NCBI RefSeq assembly: GCF_001949145.1
Contig: NW_019091361.1
Location: 496,001-560,000 of the forward strand
Reading direction: 5' to 3'
Source of the DNA: Acanthaster planci
Lineage: Eukaryota
Length of the DNA stretch: 64,000 nt
Shown here: positions 60,100-64,000 of the stretch, piece after piece
How the letters are laid out: every line of letters begins with the position of its first letter
How positions within the stretch are numbered: the first letter of the stretch is position 1
Program-made: the position numbers and the translations under genes
The notes under the pieces: model-generated
What the model was told of the DNA's origin: nothing
Seen by the model: only the letters and a program-made list of their open reading frames with translations
Databases searched by the model: none

Positions 60100-61699
60100 G
60101 TTGAATGGAATTTGGTCCATGAAATTGGCTTCAGTGGTGACCACAAAACTGTATTATGGTCACCTAATCCAATGGGTGACATGTCACCAGTGACTTGAGC
60201 ATGGTAGTGACTCTTCAGGTTTGTTAAGATTTTGTCCAGGCCATGGCAAGTCCCCTTGTAGGGGTGTTGACAATCTGGTCAAGTCCTGTCAAACAACCAA
60301 TGAAGTCAGTATCCAGTTTGTTGAAATTACCTAGAATACTGATCCCAGATGATGGCCATTTTGTCTGAAGTATGTCTAGAGTTGATACAAGGTGGGCCTA
60401 CTCAATAAGCAGGTCTTCAATGGTGATGGTGGATGATTGAGAACAGCCAAAATTAGGCCAGAAACTGACCTAGGTAGACGTGATGGTCTAGCCCATATCC
60501 ATAATACTTCCAGTTGATCAGGGACTTTGACATGTTACAGATTTTTGGGCTTGAATATTATCTCCTATGTGAAAGGAGACACCCCCATCACCGCTTTTGT
60601 GGCTCCTTGCTCTGCTAAACAAGCTATACTGAAGTGATTATAGTTGTGGGTCTTAGACTGACTCAAACAGAGACAATGGAGACAGATTTCAACTCAATCT
60701 ACATCGTGTTCTAGGTCTACATGTACGTGCTCTACACCATGCTGTAAACTCCCTCTAAAAGACATGAATGCAATGTCACTATAATGCATGTACTGTAATG
60801 AGATGTGATGAGGTCAACAGAGGGTAGCATTCCGGTTGACCACTTATTAAACTCTTGTTACAATTAGAGTCAATGTTTGATGAGAACCACATTTCAGAGA
60901 TAGCAGTAATACCTTTTTTTGTTGGTATTTTCAATTCATCTATCCTCTGAACCAGTGATCTAGCATTCAAGAGGGAGAATGACACAAGTCTTAAGTCCTG
61001 TAAAGCACTGTTTTTTGTACTAGTAGTTTTGATTGTGACGAAATAATCCAAATTTGTGACTAGACAACTGTGTTAATTCCATATATCATGCGGGGACGTT
61101 GCCTATGGTTGAATTTAAGCCAGGATATCTTGACTCTCATTTCACATATAAACCGAGTGTCGTGCAGATTACAAAATGCTGATGTAATTTTGAATAAGAT
61201 CCTATATTGTAGTTGGCAGTGCCAGTGAGACACCAGAGAATTGTTGCCCGTAATCATCGATAGATTGTAAGCAAATCTAGGTGACATCATGTTGTCTACA
61301 AATGCATTCTAAATTTGCTACCGGAAAGTGCCCTAATTCAGTGTTGATCTTGTGCCACCACCTGAAGCAAATTCTGTCTTGACTGACAAAATTTCCAACG
61401 TTATTACATTTAAACTCACCTTGTGATATGCCCCTGGTCATTTACCTCACAAATTCAATTGTCAGTTCTCTTTGGGGGGAAAAAAGAACAGCACTAATGG
61501 AAAAGTTCTTCTGGATATTTCAAACTTGCATTAATGTTCAAAAGTGATGATTTGGGGTTACATGTTCAAAGACTAGTTATAGTTATAAACCTATTTAATG
61601 CACTACAAAGTAGGTTTGAAGCTTCATTGCTTATTATTTAGTAAAGTATACGGAGCATGTGCTTGTTTCTCTACAATATAATGTCATGGTTTATGCATC
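60100..61699. repeat. Near-identical direct duplicate of 58476-60078 (LINE endonuclease region plus upstream flank)
   Basis: Both copies start GTTGAATGGAATTTGG just after a single N (58474, 60098) and end ..GGTTTATGCATC. Confidence 0.92.
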
Positions 61700-64000
61700 A
61701 ATGACAGCGTACCATTTCTTTCTTGACTTGTAATAGGTATATAGCTTCCTTGTGCCTCCAAAGGGTGATGGTCACTGAAGGTCAAATGATAAATGTTAGC
61801 ACAAGATCATATCCGAGTTANNNNNNNNNNNNNNNNNNNNNNNNNNNNNNNNNNNNNNNNNNNNNNNNNNNNNNNNNNNNNNNNNNNNNNNNNNNNNNNN
61901 NNNNNNNNNNNNNNNNNNNNNNNNNNNNNNNNNNNNNNNNNNNNNNNNNNNNNNNNNNNNNNNNNNNNNNNNNNNNNNNNNNNNNNNNNNNNNNNNNNNN
62001 NNNNNNNNNNNNNNNNNNNNNNNNNNNNNNNNNNNNNNNNNNNNNNNNNNNNNNNNNNNNNNNNNNNNNNNNNNNNNNNNNNNNNNNNNNNNNNNNNNNN
62101 NNNNNNNNNNNNNNNNNNNNNNNNNNNNNNNNNNNNNNNNNNNTAATAAAGCCACAACATGAGTTCTGGTTTGTTTATTTTTAAATAAAAGAAGGGCACT
62201 CACAAGCAATAACGTTTCCCCATACCCTGGCAGAGGGTGAATCCAGAACCAATTTTTGTGTAGGGTGGGGGGGGGCCAAGTAATTTGGGAATTTCTTTAT
62301 GTAACCTTTCATGACCTTACCGAGAGGTGATGCTAAATTGTGGGCTTTGTCTGTATTTGGGAAGGAAGGGAAATGATCCCCCCATCTGTCAATGTATACC
62401 TTTAATACATGTATAGGAACGTATGGGATCTTGAAACTTGGAACCTTAACTACTTCCAGTAAACCAGGCATTATTTAGTTTGTTTTCCTGGCCAATCTAA
62501 GCAAAAACATGATTTTCATCAACATGCTCAAATTTGTGCATGATTGTCAATATTGTTCACACTGTTTTTTTTCACAAGTATCACATTCATTCTATCGCAT
62601 TGCTTTTGTGCAAACAAGTGGGTATTTTAGTCATTCTTTTCATTTTATTGTATTCAAGTCTCAGTTTCACCAGTTATCAATTAAATTTTTTCTGACTTCA
62701 ATGAATTGGTGCGATGATTTTTTACTCATTGTATTGTTTTCATTTACAGTCATTTCAAACTTCAAGTGTTCAATTAGATGCGATATATGGCTTGTTTGAG
62801 TCATTGTTGAGAATCTTTCAAGTACCATAAATGCTCTTTAACCATGGAGGGTTTGGGTTAATGGTATACATGTACATATTCCACAAACTCTTGTGTTGCT
62901 TACATAATTCCTTTTTCTTAGGACACCGTTCTGTGCAAAGCTGTCTCAAGTTGGATTATTCACTTGAAATCAGTGTAGGATGTTTTTCTTGTGATTGTGT
63001 AGGTACATTTAATGCACCAGGTTGGACAATTTGATGTCCTGGGGATCCTCTATACCATTGATGATGGTTTCATTGCTGATAATTCTGGCCATCCCAAATG
63101 AAAAAAATTGCATAAGTACGTACAACTATCACAACCATCATTTTGTAATGAAAGAAAATTTGGTTTTATTCCCTTTGCATTATTTTATTCACATTTTGCC
63201 TGCTTTCCTTTCCATATGCAAATACAAATCAGGAAGCATTGTACCAAAACTAACCATGGCTTTGTGTTCACTTGAAAACGTTTGTTCTTGTTTCCTCGAA
63301 TATTTACAAATATTTGATTTTTCTTCCTGGAAAATCCACTTTGATAATTGCGAATAAAAATCAAGTTGTGTGATATGCACGAGACAAATTTGAAAAGAGG
63401 CAAGTTGGAATTGCTGGTTGATTAAATTGAATTCTTGATCAATCTCTCCCCGAGGTGTCTGTCCAAATTGAATGAATGCAAGGGCTAAGTTGACTTTGAA
63501 TCAAGAAATTTTGTAAATGACTGCTCGAAAATGAAATTGAATGACACACTTTGATGTTTGAATATGGATAAAAAAGGGAAGTTCAATATGAAATTAATTT
63601 AAATGAGCCTTGTATTGAACTGAATATTTTTTAAATGAAATTGGCCAGGAACCAACAAATAGAATTTAAAAATGACAAAGAAGCTGTAAATTAAAATTTT
63701 GTAGATAATTTTAATAATTGCTTCTGCTTTCTGTTTTCCTTAAGACACAGAGAAAAAATTTTCGGATTTAATTTCCATGCCGACTTATTCATGTATTTCT
63801 TGCTCATTATTTTTCAAATATAGTTTGTTTGCATACAAATGTACTACACTGTACATGTATATACATTTATGAGTAAATTGCGCACGAGTCCACCACCTTG
63901 ACCAGAAAAAAAATCACTTTAGTGATTATGGAACAGCTGAAATGTTTATTGAATGTAGAAACAAGCGACTGACACAAAAGGAAATAAGACAAGGCAAAAC

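Noticed and set aside
58476..61699. Direct repeats as LTRs of an LTR retrotransposon
   Set aside because: The repeats are adjacent with no internal region, contain LINE endonuclease sequence, and start at N seams.
62144..64000. Minus-strand ORF fragments (62181-62471, 63185-63403) as a gene or retroelement
   Set aside because: Hand translation shows no recognisable domain or consistent splice structure.

Overview
Eukaryotic, AT-rich animal genomic DNA. It is probably from a marine invertebrate; this is an inference from the intron style and repeat families, and the taxon cannot be fixed from sequence alone. Three spliced housekeeping genes were reconstructed by hand with GT-AG sites and consistent intron phases. 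Spastin (SPAST) is on the + strand with 12 exons at 1792-27564; its first exon lies upstream of the window. PNO1/DIM2 is on the - strand with 6 exons at 33845-40115 (258 aa). Kaptin (KPTN) is on the + strand with 11 exons at 40653-54765 (502 aa). SPAST and PNO1 are tail-to-tail; PNO1 and KPTN are head-to-head with 537 bp between start codons. Introns carry several non-autonomous DNA transposons (some nested), SINE fragments and minisatellites. A decayed CR1/L2-group LINE lies at ~55.9-59.4 kb, and its 5' part is repeated at 60.1-61.7 kb, probably as an uncollapsed allele. No novel enzyme system is visible. The most unusual signals are (i) two independent tandem repeats whose units span an exon end plus its 5' splice site, (ii) a MITE occupying the PNO1/KPTN promoter that keeps CpGs lost by its intronic sibling, and (iii) an inverted transposon pair around the last spastin exon. 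Most ORFs in the supplied track are spurious.
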